The notes beneath the pieces are model-generated. The model saw only the letters and a list, made by a program, of their open reading frames with translations, did not search any database and was not told where the DNA came from. Of a stretch of DNA of 64,000 bases, positions 10,322 to 19,524 are shown piece by piece. The DNA comes from an uncultured Gemmatimonadaceae bacterium. GTDB taxonomy: Bacteria > Gemmatimonadota > Gemmatimonadetes > Gemmatimonadales > Gemmatimonadaceae. The DNA is taken from NCBI GenBank assembly GCA_963740355.1, contig CAVUDW010000004.1, positions 1-64,000 of the forward strand, given 5' to 3'. Position 1 is the stretch's first letter. Every line of letters starts with the position of its first letter. The translations under genes and the position numbers were made by a program.

Positions 10322-11068
10322 ATGATGCACCCCACCCCACCAGCTGATACACTCGCTCCACTCGATCTGGAGACGCAGTGCCTCGTCCGACTCGCTGCCG
10401 TCATCGGCGCCGGGTCGGAACAGCAGGTTCGCACCCTCCTGACCGAAGCGCGCCAGCTCCCGTCACCATGGGTGGAAGAAGTGATCCTGCAGTCCTACAT
10501 CTTCGCCGGCTTCCCCCGTGCCTTGAACGCCGCCCGTGAATGGCGTCGGATCTCCGGTTCCGCGGCCCCCACGGTCGACGTCGACGCTGACGCCACCCAA
10601 CCGGGTGTGGCGCTCTCGTGGCACCGCCGGGGCGAAGAAACCTGTGCCGCCGTCTACGGCGACATGTACCCGCGACTGCGCACCAACATCACCGCGCTGC
10701 ACCCAGCGCTCGACCACTGGATGATCACCGACGGCTACGGCAAGGTCCTCAGCCGACCAGCTCTCGATCTGGTGCGTCGAGAACTCTGCATCGTCGCCAT
10801 CTGCGCCATCGCAGAACAGGATCGCCAACTGCATTCGCACCTGCATGGTGCACTGAACGTGGGTGCCACACCTTCACAAGTATCCGGTACGCTCGACGCA
10901 CTGGTCGACCTGGTCGACGACGATGCACTCCGCCGCTACCGCATGCTCTGGACACATGTGCGTTCCTCGCACTCGGTCAATTCGTCGACCAACCGCGCAA
11001 CACCTGCAGCGCTTCACGCCGCAGCACCTTCCGCAGCATCTACTGCACAGGCCCAGGGGCCGTCATGA
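10322..11068 (+). CDS. Carboxymuconolactone decarboxylase (CMD/AhpD-like) family protein
   Basis: EEVILQSYIFAGFPRALNA and YGKVLSRPALDLVRREL...QLHSHLHGALNVG. Confidence 0.8.
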   Translation: MMHPTPPADTLAPLDLETQCLVRLAAVIGAGSEQQVRTLLTEARQLPSPWVEEVILQSYIFAGFPRALNAAREWRRISGSAAPTVDVDADATQPGVALSWHRRGEETCAAVYGDMYPRLRTNITALHPALDHWMITDGYGKVLSRPALDLVRRELCIVAICAIAEQDRQLHSHLHGALNVGATPSQVSGTLDALVDLVDDDALRRYRMLWTHVRSSHSVNSSTNRATPAALHAAAPSAASTAQAQGPS

Positions 11069-12108
11069 GCGTTCATAACGATTTCATCGATCGCGTCGTC
11101 GTCAAGATCGCCGCTGGTACCGGCGGTTCAGGCGCGACCTCATTCCGCCGCGAGAAGTTCGTCCCACAAGGTGGACCGGACGGAGGCGACGGAGGCATGG
11201 GCGGCAATGTCTACCTTCGCGCTGACGCCAACCTCACGACGCTCCTCGATTACACGTATCGCGATCGCTGGGCAGCGGAACGCGGACAACACGGCGAGGG
11301 AAACAACAAGACGGGTCGCAGTGGCGCCGATATCATCATGCCGGTACCACCGGGCACGGTCGTGCTCGACGCCGAAACGAACGCGCAGATTGGCGAAGTC
11401 CTCGAACACGGCCAGCAAATCCTGATTGCCAAGGCCGGCCGCGGCGGAAAGGGCAACGCCTTCTTCGCCACCGCTACACATCAGTCGCCGCGCGAATGGC
11501 AGCCAGGCGAAGAAGGCGAAGAACGGCAGGTCATCCTCGAGCTGAAGCTCATCGCCGACGTCGGCCTCGTCGGTGCACCCAATGCCGGCAAGTCCACGCT
11601 CCTCTCCGTCATCTCAGCCGCACGCCCGAAAATCGCCGCCTACCCGTTCACGACGCTCTCGCCAAACCTCGGCGTCGTGCCGATGAGCGACCACCGAAGC
11701 TTCGTCGTCGCCGATATCCCAGGCATCATCGAGGGAGCCTCGGAAGGGAAGGGGCTCGGCCTTCAGTTCCTGCGACACATCGAGCGTACCCGAATCCTCG
11801 CATTCATCATCCCGATCGATGCAATGGACTGGCAGGAAGAGTACGACAAGCTCCGCGCCGAAATTACGTCATACTCGACTGAACTCGCCGCCACCCCGCA
11901 TTTCGTCGTCTTCTCGAAGCTCGACCTGATGGGCGAGGACGATTACGTCCCGGAAATCGAGGCGCCAGACGCATTCACCGTGATCACGCTCAGCGCGGCG
12001 AATCGCACGCATCTCGACAAGTTCCTCGACACCTGCTGGCGCAAGCTGCTCTCCATGCGGCAGGTCAACGAAGCAGCGGTTCGCGCATCCGAACAAGTGC
12101 TCCCGTGA
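11065..12108 (+). CDS. obgE: GTPase ObgE/CgtA
   Basis: FRREKFVPQGGPDGGDGG, GAPNAGKST, YPFTTL and DIPG. ATG at 11065 overlaps the upstream stop. Confidence 0.97.
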   Translation: MSVHNDFIDRVVVKIAAGTGGSGATSFRREKFVPQGGPDGGDGGMGGNVYLRADANLTTLLDYTYRDRWAAERGQHGEGNNKTGRSGADIIMPVPPGTVVLDAETNAQIGEVLEHGQQILIAKAGRGGKGNAFFATATHQSPREWQPGEEGEERQVILELKLIADVGLVGAPNAGKSTLLSVISAARPKIAAYPFTTLSPNLGVVPMSDHRSFVVADIPGIIEGASEGKGLGLQFLRHIERTRILAFIIPIDAMDWQEEYDKLRAEITSYSTELAATPHFVVFSKLDLMGEDDYVPEIEAPDAFTVITLSAANRTHLDKFLDTCWRKLLSMRQVNEAAVRASEQVLP

Positions 12109-12117
12109 TGCACACCG

Positions 12118-13197
12118 ATGCGCGATGACCGCACGCACCTGGCAGCGCTCGCCGCGCTGACACTGCTCGGCATGCCGCGCATCGGTGCCCGCGAATGGCA
12201 TCGTCGAGTGGGCCGGCACGGCAGTGCCAGTCTCGCGTTGCACGAGTTCGACCGGTCGCCACTCCTCGAAGAATCGGCAGCGGCCGCGCTCCAGACGCTC
12301 GATCGCTCACAGGCGCTCGGCGTGACGCTGCTCGTGCACGGCGAACCGGGGTATCCGGCACCCGTGCACGACCTCACGGCATGTGAACATCCCGACATCA
12401 CTCCAGCGCCACCAGTGCTCTTCGCACTTGGCAAGCTCGAGCTGCTGCAACGACCCGCTGTGGCATTGGTCGGGACACGACACGCCAGCGCGACCGGCCT
12501 GCGAGCCGCCGAAACAATCGCACGCGCATGCGCCGATGCCGGCGCACTTGTGATCAGCGGACTCGCACGAGGCATCGACGCCGCCGCCCACACCGGCGCG
12601 CTCGACGGCGCAGGATCCACGTGCGCAATCATCGGAACCGGCATCGATGTCGTGTATCCCGCCGACCACCGCTCACTGCAACAGCGCATCGCACGCGACG
12701 GCCTGCTGATCAGCGAGTTCCCGCCCGGACAACGGGCAACGCGTGGCTCGTTTCCGGAACGCAATCGATTGATCGCGGCGCTCGCGATCGCCACCGTCGT
12801 CGTCGAAGCAGGGCACCGTAGCGGCGCACTGCTCACGGCGCGAGCGTCTGATGCACTGAATCGCTCAACGGCGGCCGTGCCGGGTGCGTTCGGCGTCGCA
12901 TCCTGCCTCGGCTCGAACGAGCTCCTCCGCGATGGCGCGCAGGTCATCGCCACGCCGGACGATGTGCTCGCACTCCTGCGACTGAGTCGCGCCGACGATC
13001 GCCACACCATCCCCCCGTCGAGCCTCACCGAAGCCGAACGCGCGATCTGGGACGTGCTCGGAAATTCGCCGCTCGAGCTCGACCTCATCGTCGAACGTGC
13101 CGGATGGGCCGCCGATGCCTGCCTCGCGGCTGTCACGACACTCGAAATGAAAGGCCTCGTCCGCGCAACGCACGCCGGCGCACTGCATCGCGCATGA
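12118..13197 (+). CDS. dprA: DNA-processing protein DprA
   Basis: VALVGTR, SGLARGIDAAAH, FPERNRLIA, VVEAG..SGAL and a C-terminal wHTH. Confidence 0.93.
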   Translation: MRDDRTHLAALAALTLLGMPRIGAREWHRRVGRHGSASLALHEFDRSPLLEESAAAALQTLDRSQALGVTLLVHGEPGYPAPVHDLTACEHPDITPAPPVLFALGKLELLQRPAVALVGTRHASATGLRAAETIARACADAGALVISGLARGIDAAAHTGALDGAGSTCAIIGTGIDVVYPADHRSLQQRIARDGLLISEFPPGQRATRGSFPERNRLIAALAIATVVVEAGHRSGALLTARASDALNRSTAAVPGAFGVASCLGSNELLRDGAQVIATPDDVLALLRLSRADDRHTIPPSSLTEAERAIWDVLGNSPLELDLIVERAGWAADACLAAVTTLEMKGLVRATHAGALHRA

Positions 13198-14328
13198 GCA
13201 AGCCTTACACCGCCAGCCGAGTGTACGTCCACGTGCCGTTCTGCGCGCGACGCTGCAGCTACTGCGATTTCTCGATCGCCGTTCGTCGCGAGGTGCCAGT
13301 CAGCGAGTTTCTCGACGCACTCGCAGCTGAACTGCAGATCCGACTGGGCCCCACAGGACAGCCTCAGCAAATAGAGACTCTCTATTTCGGCGGCGGGACA
13401 CCGTCGCACCTCGGCGCAGACGGCGTGACGACGTATGATGGACCTCATGCGCACCCGATTTGTGTGGCCGCATGACGCAGAAGTGACGCTGGAAGCCAAT
13501 CCCGACGACGTGACGCCGACGGCCACCGCAGCCTGGCGCGCCGCCGGGATCACGCGCGTTTCACTCGGCGCGCAGAGTTTTGATCCGGGTGTGCTCGATT
13601 GGATGCACCGGTCTCACAGCGCCGCCCAGATCGACACTGCCGTAGAGCTCCTCCGCGACGGGGGCTTCAACAGCTGGAGCTTCGACCTCATCTTCGCACT
13701 CCCGGCAGCGCTCGGCAGGGACTGGCAGCGAGACCTCGACCTCGCTCTCAGCAAGGCTCCACCTCACCTGTCGCTTTATGGTCTGACCGTCGAACCTGGC
13801 ACGCCACTCGGGCGCTGGGAGGAACGAGGCGACGTCGTGGCGGCGGACGAACTCGCGTATGAAGTCGAGTTCCTCAGTGCACATGCCTGTGCCGCCGCCG
13901 TCGGACTCGAGCACTACGAAGTCTCCAACTTCGCCCAACCCGGCCACCACGCCAGGCACAACCGGGCATACTGGCAGGGCGTGCCCTACCTCGGCTTCGG
14001 CCCATCGGCGCACGGCTTCGACGGACAGTCGCGGCGCTGGAACCGGGCCGCGTACGCCGCCTGGCGAGCCGCCGTTCTCGAGGGCAACGACCCCATCGCC
14101 GGCTCGGAGGCAATCGGAAGCGCTGAGCGACGGTTGGAGACCGTCTACCTCGGCCTGCGCACGCTGGGAGGGCTCGAGATCGACGAGAGCGAGCGAAGAA
14201 TCGTCCAGCCGTGGATCGACGCTGGCTGGGGGAGCATACAAGGGAATCACCTCACCCTGACGCCCACCGGCTGGCTGCGGCTCGACAGTCTCGCCAGCGC
14301 CCTCACTCCCGCAATCGCCCTCCGGTAG
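13194..14328 (+). pseudogene. hemW: Radical SAM heme chaperone HemW, frameshift near 13431
   Basis: YVHVPFCARRCSYCDF and YFGGGTPS in one frame; EANP, SLGAQSF and HYEVSNFA in the other. Removing one base gives about 377 aa. Confidence 0.88.
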
Positions 14329-14341
14329 CTAGCTGTTCAGT

Positions 14342-15385
14342 ATGTCCATCCAACCCGAACTCACGGATCGCGAGCGCCAGGTGCTCGAAGCTGTCATCCA
14401 GAGTTACGTGGAGACTGCCGAACCCGCCGCGTCCAGGACCCTCTCCCGCCGGTTCGGACTCGGCGTGTCGCCGGCCACGATCCGCAACACGATGAGCGAT
14501 CTGGAAGAGAAGGGGTTTCTCTTCCATCCACACACCTCGGCCGGACGAGTCCCGACGGACCTCGCATATCGCGTCTATGTCGACTCGCTCCTCAAGGTCC
14601 CCGTCATCAAGACGGCCGAAGAGGCCGTGCTGGGCGAGGAGATCAACGGGGCGAGCACCGCGATCGAGTCGATTCTGCGCAAGGCAGCACAGTCGCTCGG
14701 CGTCCTCACGCAGGAACTGGGCGTAGCCCTCGGGCCGCAGCTGGACGCGGCAATTCTGCAACGCGTGGAGCTCGTTCGACTGGCGAGTGATCGGTTGTTG
14801 ATGGTCCTCGCCCTCGAGCGCGGCGTCGCTCGCTCCATCTATATCGAACTGCCGATCGAGATCGCTGACGACGCCATCGGCGCCGTGAGCCTCGTCCTCA
14901 ACGAGCGGCTGGGTGGGTTGACGTTGCGCGAAATTCGGTCGTCGCTGGCCGTCCGTTTGCGCGATGCACAGGCGACAGGCACCGCCTCCGGACTGCTCAA
15001 CATCTTCGTCGAGGAAGGGGAGCAGTACTTCGCCAGCGCAACTCTGGCTGACGACGCCGCAGTCGTCATCGCACAACCGTCGCTGCTGGCGGAACACCCG
15101 GAGTTCGCCACCGGGGACAGCATGCGCCAGCTGCTCGCGTTCACCGAAAAGCCCGCACACATCGCGGACGTGCTCCGTCGGCGCTCACCCCAGCCAGGCA
15201 TCACGATCACGATCGGGAATGAGCACGGCGACCCGCGCCTCGACCGATTTACCATCGTGACGGCCGAATACCACTTTGGCTCGTTGAGCGGCGTGATCGG
15301 AGTCATCGGACCGACAAGGATGCCGTACCGGAAGGTCATCTCGCTGGTGGGCCACGCGTCGCGTCTCGTCTCGGATCTGCTCTGA
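14342..15385 (+). CDS. hrcA: Heat-inducible transcription repressor HrcA
   Basis: SPATIRNTMSDLEEKG, HPHTSAGRVPT and GVIGPTRM. Confidence 0.96.
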   Translation: MSIQPELTDRERQVLEAVIQSYVETAEPAASRTLSRRFGLGVSPATIRNTMSDLEEKGFLFHPHTSAGRVPTDLAYRVYVDSLLKVPVIKTAEEAVLGEEINGASTAIESILRKAAQSLGVLTQELGVALGPQLDAAILQRVELVRLASDRLLMVLALERGVARSIYIELPIEIADDAIGAVSLVLNERLGGLTLREIRSSLAVRLRDAQATGTASGLLNIFVEEGEQYFASATLADDAAVVIAQPSLLAEHPEFATGDSMRQLLAFTEKPAHIADVLRRRSPQPGITITIGNEHGDPRLDRFTIVTAEYHFGSLSGVIGVIGPTRMPYRKVISLVGHASRLVSDLL

Positions 15386-15547
15386 GCGCAGTCCGTCGGT
15401 TGGCCGATCCGATGCCGGCCGTCCGGCTGGGTGGCGCCTCCCGCCTGTCCTGACGATCTTTCCGCACTGCGTACGCCCGGCCCACTTCGCCGGGCGTTCG
15501 TGTACCGCGCAGCCCCTCCCGGCGCGCTTTCTCTCGTGATGTGACCG

Positions 15548-16681
15548 ATGGCTGACTATTACGCGACTCTGGGCGTCGAGAAATCTGCGTCCGAAGACGA
15601 GCTCAAGAAGGCATACCGCAGACTCGCCATGCAGTACCACCCCGACAAGAACGGGGGAGCGAAAGAAGCGGAAGAGAAGTTCAAGGAGATCACCGAAGCC
15701 TACGACGTGCTTCGTGATCCGCAGAAGCGCGCGGCCTACGATCGCTACGGCGAAGCCGGCTTGCGCGGCGGCGGACCATCCGGCGGCTACCAGCACGTCG
15801 ATCTCAGCGAAGCGCTGAACATCTTCATGCGCGACTTCGGATTCGGCGCCAGCGACATGTTCGGCGGTCGCGGTGGCTCCGGCGGCGCGCGACAGGGCGG
15901 TGACATCAAGGTCGGCGTGCCCCTCACGCTGGCCGAGGTGATGACGGGTGTCGACAAGGACATCCCGCTCAAGGTCCTCGATGGCTGCGACACCTGCAGT
16001 GGCACCGGTGCGGAAGTCGGCTCGACACCGCAGCGCTGTGCGACGTGCGGTGGCACCGGTGAAGTACGTCGCGCGCAACGCAGCTTCTTCGGCCAGTTCG
16101 TCAGTGTCGCTGCCTGTCCGACGTGTAATGGTGAAGGAACCGTCGTCGCCTCACCCTGCCGCAAGTGCAAGGGTGATGGGCGCGTGCGCGTCGACCGCTC
16201 GATTCATGTGCGCATTCCAGCGGGCGTCGCCACCGGCCAGTACATGACGCTGCGCGGCGTCGGCAATGTCGGATCGCGCGGCGGTGGCAAGGGCGACGTG
16301 CTGGTGGTGTTCGAGGTCGAGGACAATCCGCGGTTCGAGCGTGACGAGGAAGACCTCTTCACAGAGGTGCTCGTGACGTATCCGCAGTTGGTCCTTGGCA
16401 CGGAACTCACCGTGCCCGGAGTGACGGGCAACGAGTTCAAGGTGAAAGTGCCCGCGGGCACGCAGAGCGGCCACCTCTTTCACCTGCGCGGCAAGGGCCT
16501 GCCTCGCGTCAACGCCAGTGGCGTGGGCGACATGCATGTGCGCGTGCAGGTCTGGACGCCGACCACCGTCACGGAAGAAGAGAAGAAGCTGCTCAAGCGG
16601 CTTGGTGAACTGCACGGCAACGCGCCCACGGAACGGAACAAGAGCTTCTGGTCTCGCATGAAGGAAGCGCTGGGCGCATGA
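15548..16681 (+). CDS. dnaJ: Chaperone DnaJ
   Basis: J domain with HPD, four CxxCxGxG zinc repeats and the C-terminal domain. Confidence 0.97.
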   Translation: MADYYATLGVEKSASEDELKKAYRRLAMQYHPDKNGGAKEAEEKFKEITEAYDVLRDPQKRAAYDRYGEAGLRGGGPSGGYQHVDLSEALNIFMRDFGFGASDMFGGRGGSGGARQGGDIKVGVPLTLAEVMTGVDKDIPLKVLDGCDTCSGTGAEVGSTPQRCATCGGTGEVRRAQRSFFGQFVSVAACPTCNGEGTVVASPCRKCKGDGRVRVDRSIHVRIPAGVATGQYMTLRGVGNVGSRGGGKGDVLVVFEVEDNPRFERDEEDLFTEVLVTYPQLVLGTELTVPGVTGNEFKVKVPAGTQSGHLFHLRGKGLPRVNASGVGDMHVRVQVWTPTTVTEEEKKLLKRLGELHGNAPTERNKSFWSRMKEALGA

Positions 16682-17514
16682 CACCGTCCACCTGGCAGAC
16701 CCTTCGCGTCACGCCGTCACACGATGATGTGCGTGACGCGGTCGCCGCGGCACTCTTCTCCGGCGGCGCGGAGGGGTTGCTCGAGGATGGGCTGAGCTTC
16801 GTGACGCACGTGCCCGAGGATCATGATCTCGCCTTTCTGCGCGCAGAAGTCATCAGGGCAGATCCGACAGCCACCATTCTCGTGACGCCGCTCGATCCCT
16901 CCACTGCGTCGCCCGAGTTGCACGGCACCGTGCAGGCGCACGATCTTGGCGCCTTCGTGATCACACCGCCATGGCTCGCCGATCAGTTCGATCCGGCGAA
17001 GACCATCATCGTCGAACCAGGTATGGCGTTCGGCACCGGCGAACATGCGACCACTCGTGGTGTGCTGCGCCTGTTGCCGAAGGTCCTGCGTGCCGGTGAT
17101 GTCGTCGCCGATCTTGGTGCTGGCAGTGCTGTGCTGGCCATTGCGGCGGCCAAGGGCGGTGCCGGCAGCGTCATCGCGATCGAGCTCGATGAGGATGCCA
17201 TGTCGAACGCCGAGGAGAATGTCGAAAGGAATGGCGTCGCGGGGAAGGTGCATCTGATGTGTGGGGATGCGTCCGTACTCCTGCCGTTTTTTGCACCGGT
17301 GCGTCTCGTGCTCGCGAACATCATCTCGAGCGTGCATGTCGAGATGCTGCCAGTCGTTGAGAAGTGCATCCCGAGCGATGGCGTCGTGATCATCAGCGGG
17401 ATACTGGCCACTGAGCGTGCCGAGATGTTGCAGCACCTCGATGCCACCGGATGGCGGATGATCGACGACGATAGCGAGGGGGAGTGGTGGAGCGCGACCA
17501 TCGTCCGGGCGTAG
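16678..17514 (+). CDS. prmA: Ribosomal protein L11 methyltransferase
   Basis: [24 protein letters not shown] and ANI motifs; follows dnaJ. Confidence 0.92.
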   Translation: MTPSTWQTLRVTPSHDDVRDAVAAALFSGGAEGLLEDGLSFVTHVPEDHDLAFLRAEVIRADPTATILVTPLDPSTASPELHGTVQAHDLGAFVITPPWLADQFDPAKTIIVEPGMAFGTGEHATTRGVLRLLPKVLRAGDVVADLGAGSAVLAIAAAKGGAGSVIAIELDEDAMSNAEENVERNGVAGKVHLMCGDASVLLPFFAPVRLVLANIISSVHVEMLPVVEKCIPSDGVVIISGILATERAEMLQHLDATGWRMIDDDSEGEWWSATIVRA

Positions 17515-18227
17515 CGCACTTTTTTTCCGGTGAGCCGCTGCTGACGTCGGGCGCGCTCGTCCTGGGAGAGGATGCGGCGCATCATGCACGCGTTCGTCGG
17601 CTCGCTGTTGGTGCGCCCGTGACCGTGCGGGATGGCTCCGGCAGCCTCTCCAGCGGTACGCTGGTACGGATGGCCAAGCAGCACCTCGAGCTCGAGATCG
17701 AGCCGCCGCGCTGCCCGCCGCCGTTGCCACCCGTGCACCTGCTGGTGCCGGTGGCGGACAAGGAGCGCATGCTGTTGCTGGCCGAGAAGGCGACCGAGCT
17801 GGGAGTGACCACCTGGCGGCCTGTGCTGTGGCGTCGGTCGAGGAGCGTGGCGGGGCGCGGCGAGGGCACGATGTTCGCCCAGAAGGTCGAAGCCCGGATG
17901 ATCGGCGCCCTGCTCCAGAGCGAAGGCGCCTGGCTGCCGCAGCGATTCATGGAGTCGAACGCGGAACGGGCCATCGCGGCGCTACCGACTGACGGCACCC
18001 GGTTGCTGCTCGATCCTGAAGGTGAGCCGATGGCCCGCGTCGAGCTGAGCGGTCCGATCGTGCTGGCGGTAGGGCCAGAAGGTGGTTTCGAGCCGGACGA
18101 AACCGAGCGCCTGGTCGATGCCGGTTTTCGCCGAGTCGCCATCGCCGGGGGTATCCTGCGGATGGAAACGGCTGCCATCGTCGCGCTCGGAGTGGTCCGA
18201 ACCCAGTTGGCGGCGCTCTCTCACTGA
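17484..18227 (+). CDS. rsmE: 16S rRNA m3U1498 methyltransferase
   Basis: EKATELGV, VGPEGGF and ILRMETA SPOUT motifs. Confidence 0.92.
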   Translation: MVERDHRPGVAHFFSGEPLLTSGALVLGEDAAHHARVRRLAVGAPVTVRDGSGSLSSGTLVRMAKQHLELEIEPPRCPPPLPPVHLLVPVADKERMLLLAEKATELGVTTWRPVLWRRSRSVAGRGEGTMFAQKVEARMIGALLQSEGAWLPQRFMESNAERAIAALPTDGTRLLLDPEGEPMARVELSGPIVLAVGPEGGFEPDETERLVDAGFRRVAIAGGILRMETAAIVALGVVRTQLAALSH

Positions 18228-18242
18228 GGTGCGATTTCCCAT

Positions 18243-18580
18243 ATGTCTGACTGCCTGTTCTGCCGGATCGTCGCGAAGGAAATCCCCGCCAATATCGTCG
18301 CCGAGACGGAACACTGTCTCGCGTTTCGGGACATCAGTCCCCAGGCGCCGACGCATGTGCTGGTGATCCCTAAGACGCACATCCCCTCGTTGTCGTCGCC
18401 CAACGCGGTGATCGTCATGAGCCTGATCGCCAAGATGGCGTCAGACGTGGCCAGCAGCCTCGGCATTGCGGACTCTGGGTACCGGTTCGTGGTCAACACC
18501 GGCGACGACGGGGGCAGACGGTGCATCACCTGCACGCGCACGTCCTCGGCGGCCGCTCGATGCACTGGCCGCCGGGCTGA
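18243..18580 (+). pseudogene. hinT: HIT family nucleotide-binding protein (HinT), frameshift in the G run at 18510-18514
   Basis: MSDCLFCRI and [17 protein letters not shown]. Adding one G restores [23 protein letters not shown] (about 112 aa). Confidence 0.88.
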
Positions 18581-18631
18581 GCAGTCCAACCGGTGGCCTC
18601 CCACCGGGTTCCGGCAGATTCACCCAAGTCA

Positions 18632-18661
18632 TTGACGCCACGCGCCTTAGGCGGGTACGTT
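18632..18661 (+). promoter_or_regulatory. Putative sigma70 promoter for rpsU
   Basis: TTGACG-18 nt-TACGTT upstream of rpsU. Confidence 0.5.
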
Positions 18662-18723
18662 TACGGGCTAACCCACAGAACTCAAGCCGGCGCAACCAAC
18701 GCCACGAAGGGGGGAAGAAGCTT

Positions 18724-18912
18724 TTGGCAGAAGTCGTCATCCACGAAGACGAGAACTTCGAGCGCGCGCTCAAGCGGTTCAAGAAGAAGTGCGAGAAGGC
18801 AGGGATCCTCTCGGATCTCCGCAAACATCGTCACTATGAGAAGCCGTCTGAGAAGCGCAAGCGCAAGATGAATGCGGCCACCCGCAAGAATCGTCGCACG
18901 CGGTCGTTCTAG
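18724..18912 (+). CDS. rpsU: 30S ribosomal protein S21
   Basis: TTG start after a purine-rich [35 protein letters not shown]. Confidence 0.96.
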   Translation: MAEVVIHEDENFERALKRFKKKCEKAGILSDLRKHRHYEKPSEKRKRKMNAATRKNRRTRSF

Positions 18913-18927
18913 TTGACCGAGTTTTAG

Positions 18928-19383
18928 TTGACAGAGACACACACCCGACTGAACGGTGATCTACTCACCGCTCGCAAGGCGCAGGACAAGCCGATGCTCC
19001 TTCTCCTCAGCACAGTCATCGCTGAAGTGAAAGAGCGTGTTCGCGTGATCGAGAACGAAGAGAAGCGCGAGGCGTTGGACTCGGATGTCATCGAAGTCCT
19101 GCGAAAGGGCATCAAGAAACGACGCGATTCGGTCGAGCAGTACACGGCCGCGAACCGTCCGGAGTTGGCGCAGAAGGAGGCCGATGAAATCGTGCTTCTG
19201 GAGCGGTACCTCCCGGCATCCGTCGATCCTGCTGTGATCCGCCAGGCAGTCGTGGAAGTCATCGCCAGTGGCGTGACGGTCATGGGGCAGGTCATGGGCA
19301 AGGTCTTGCCGCGTTTCAAGGGCCAGGTCGAGGGCAGTGTCGTCAACGCGATTGTTCGAGAGGAACTGGCGAAGCTCGTCTAA
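18928..19383 (+). CDS. yqeY: GatB/YqeY domain protein
   Basis: IKKRRDSVEQY..ANRPELA..E..LERYLP and MGQVMG; follows rpsU. Confidence 0.9.
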   Translation: MTETHTRLNGDLLTARKAQDKPMLLLLSTVIAEVKERVRVIENEEKREALDSDVIEVLRKGIKKRRDSVEQYTAANRPELAQKEADEIVLLERYLPASVDPAVIRQAVVEVIASGVTVMGQVMGKVLPRFKGQVEGSVVNAIVREELAKLV

Positions 19384-19403
19384 GCTTCTTCCCACAGGTT
19401 GCG

Positions 19404-19441
19404 CCGGCCCGATGACTCTGCATCCAGAGTTGTCGGGCCGG
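19404..19441 (+). terminator. Long hairpin after yqeY (terminator or stabiliser)
   Basis: CCGGCCCGATGACTCTG-CATC-CAGAGTTGTCGGGCCGG, a 17-bp stem with G-U pairs and a weak U tract. Confidence 0.55.
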
Positions 19442-19524
19442 TCTGCGTCTGCGCACGGGTTGGCCCAGGTCCCATCATTCGGCGCGCCTTCGATTCGCGG
19501 CGCTGCCCCAGCATCTTTCAGACT

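Noticed and set aside
19384..19400. DnaA-box-like CTTCCCACA suggesting oriC
   Set aside because: A single mismatched box with no AT-rich unwinding element and no dnaA/dnaN nearby.
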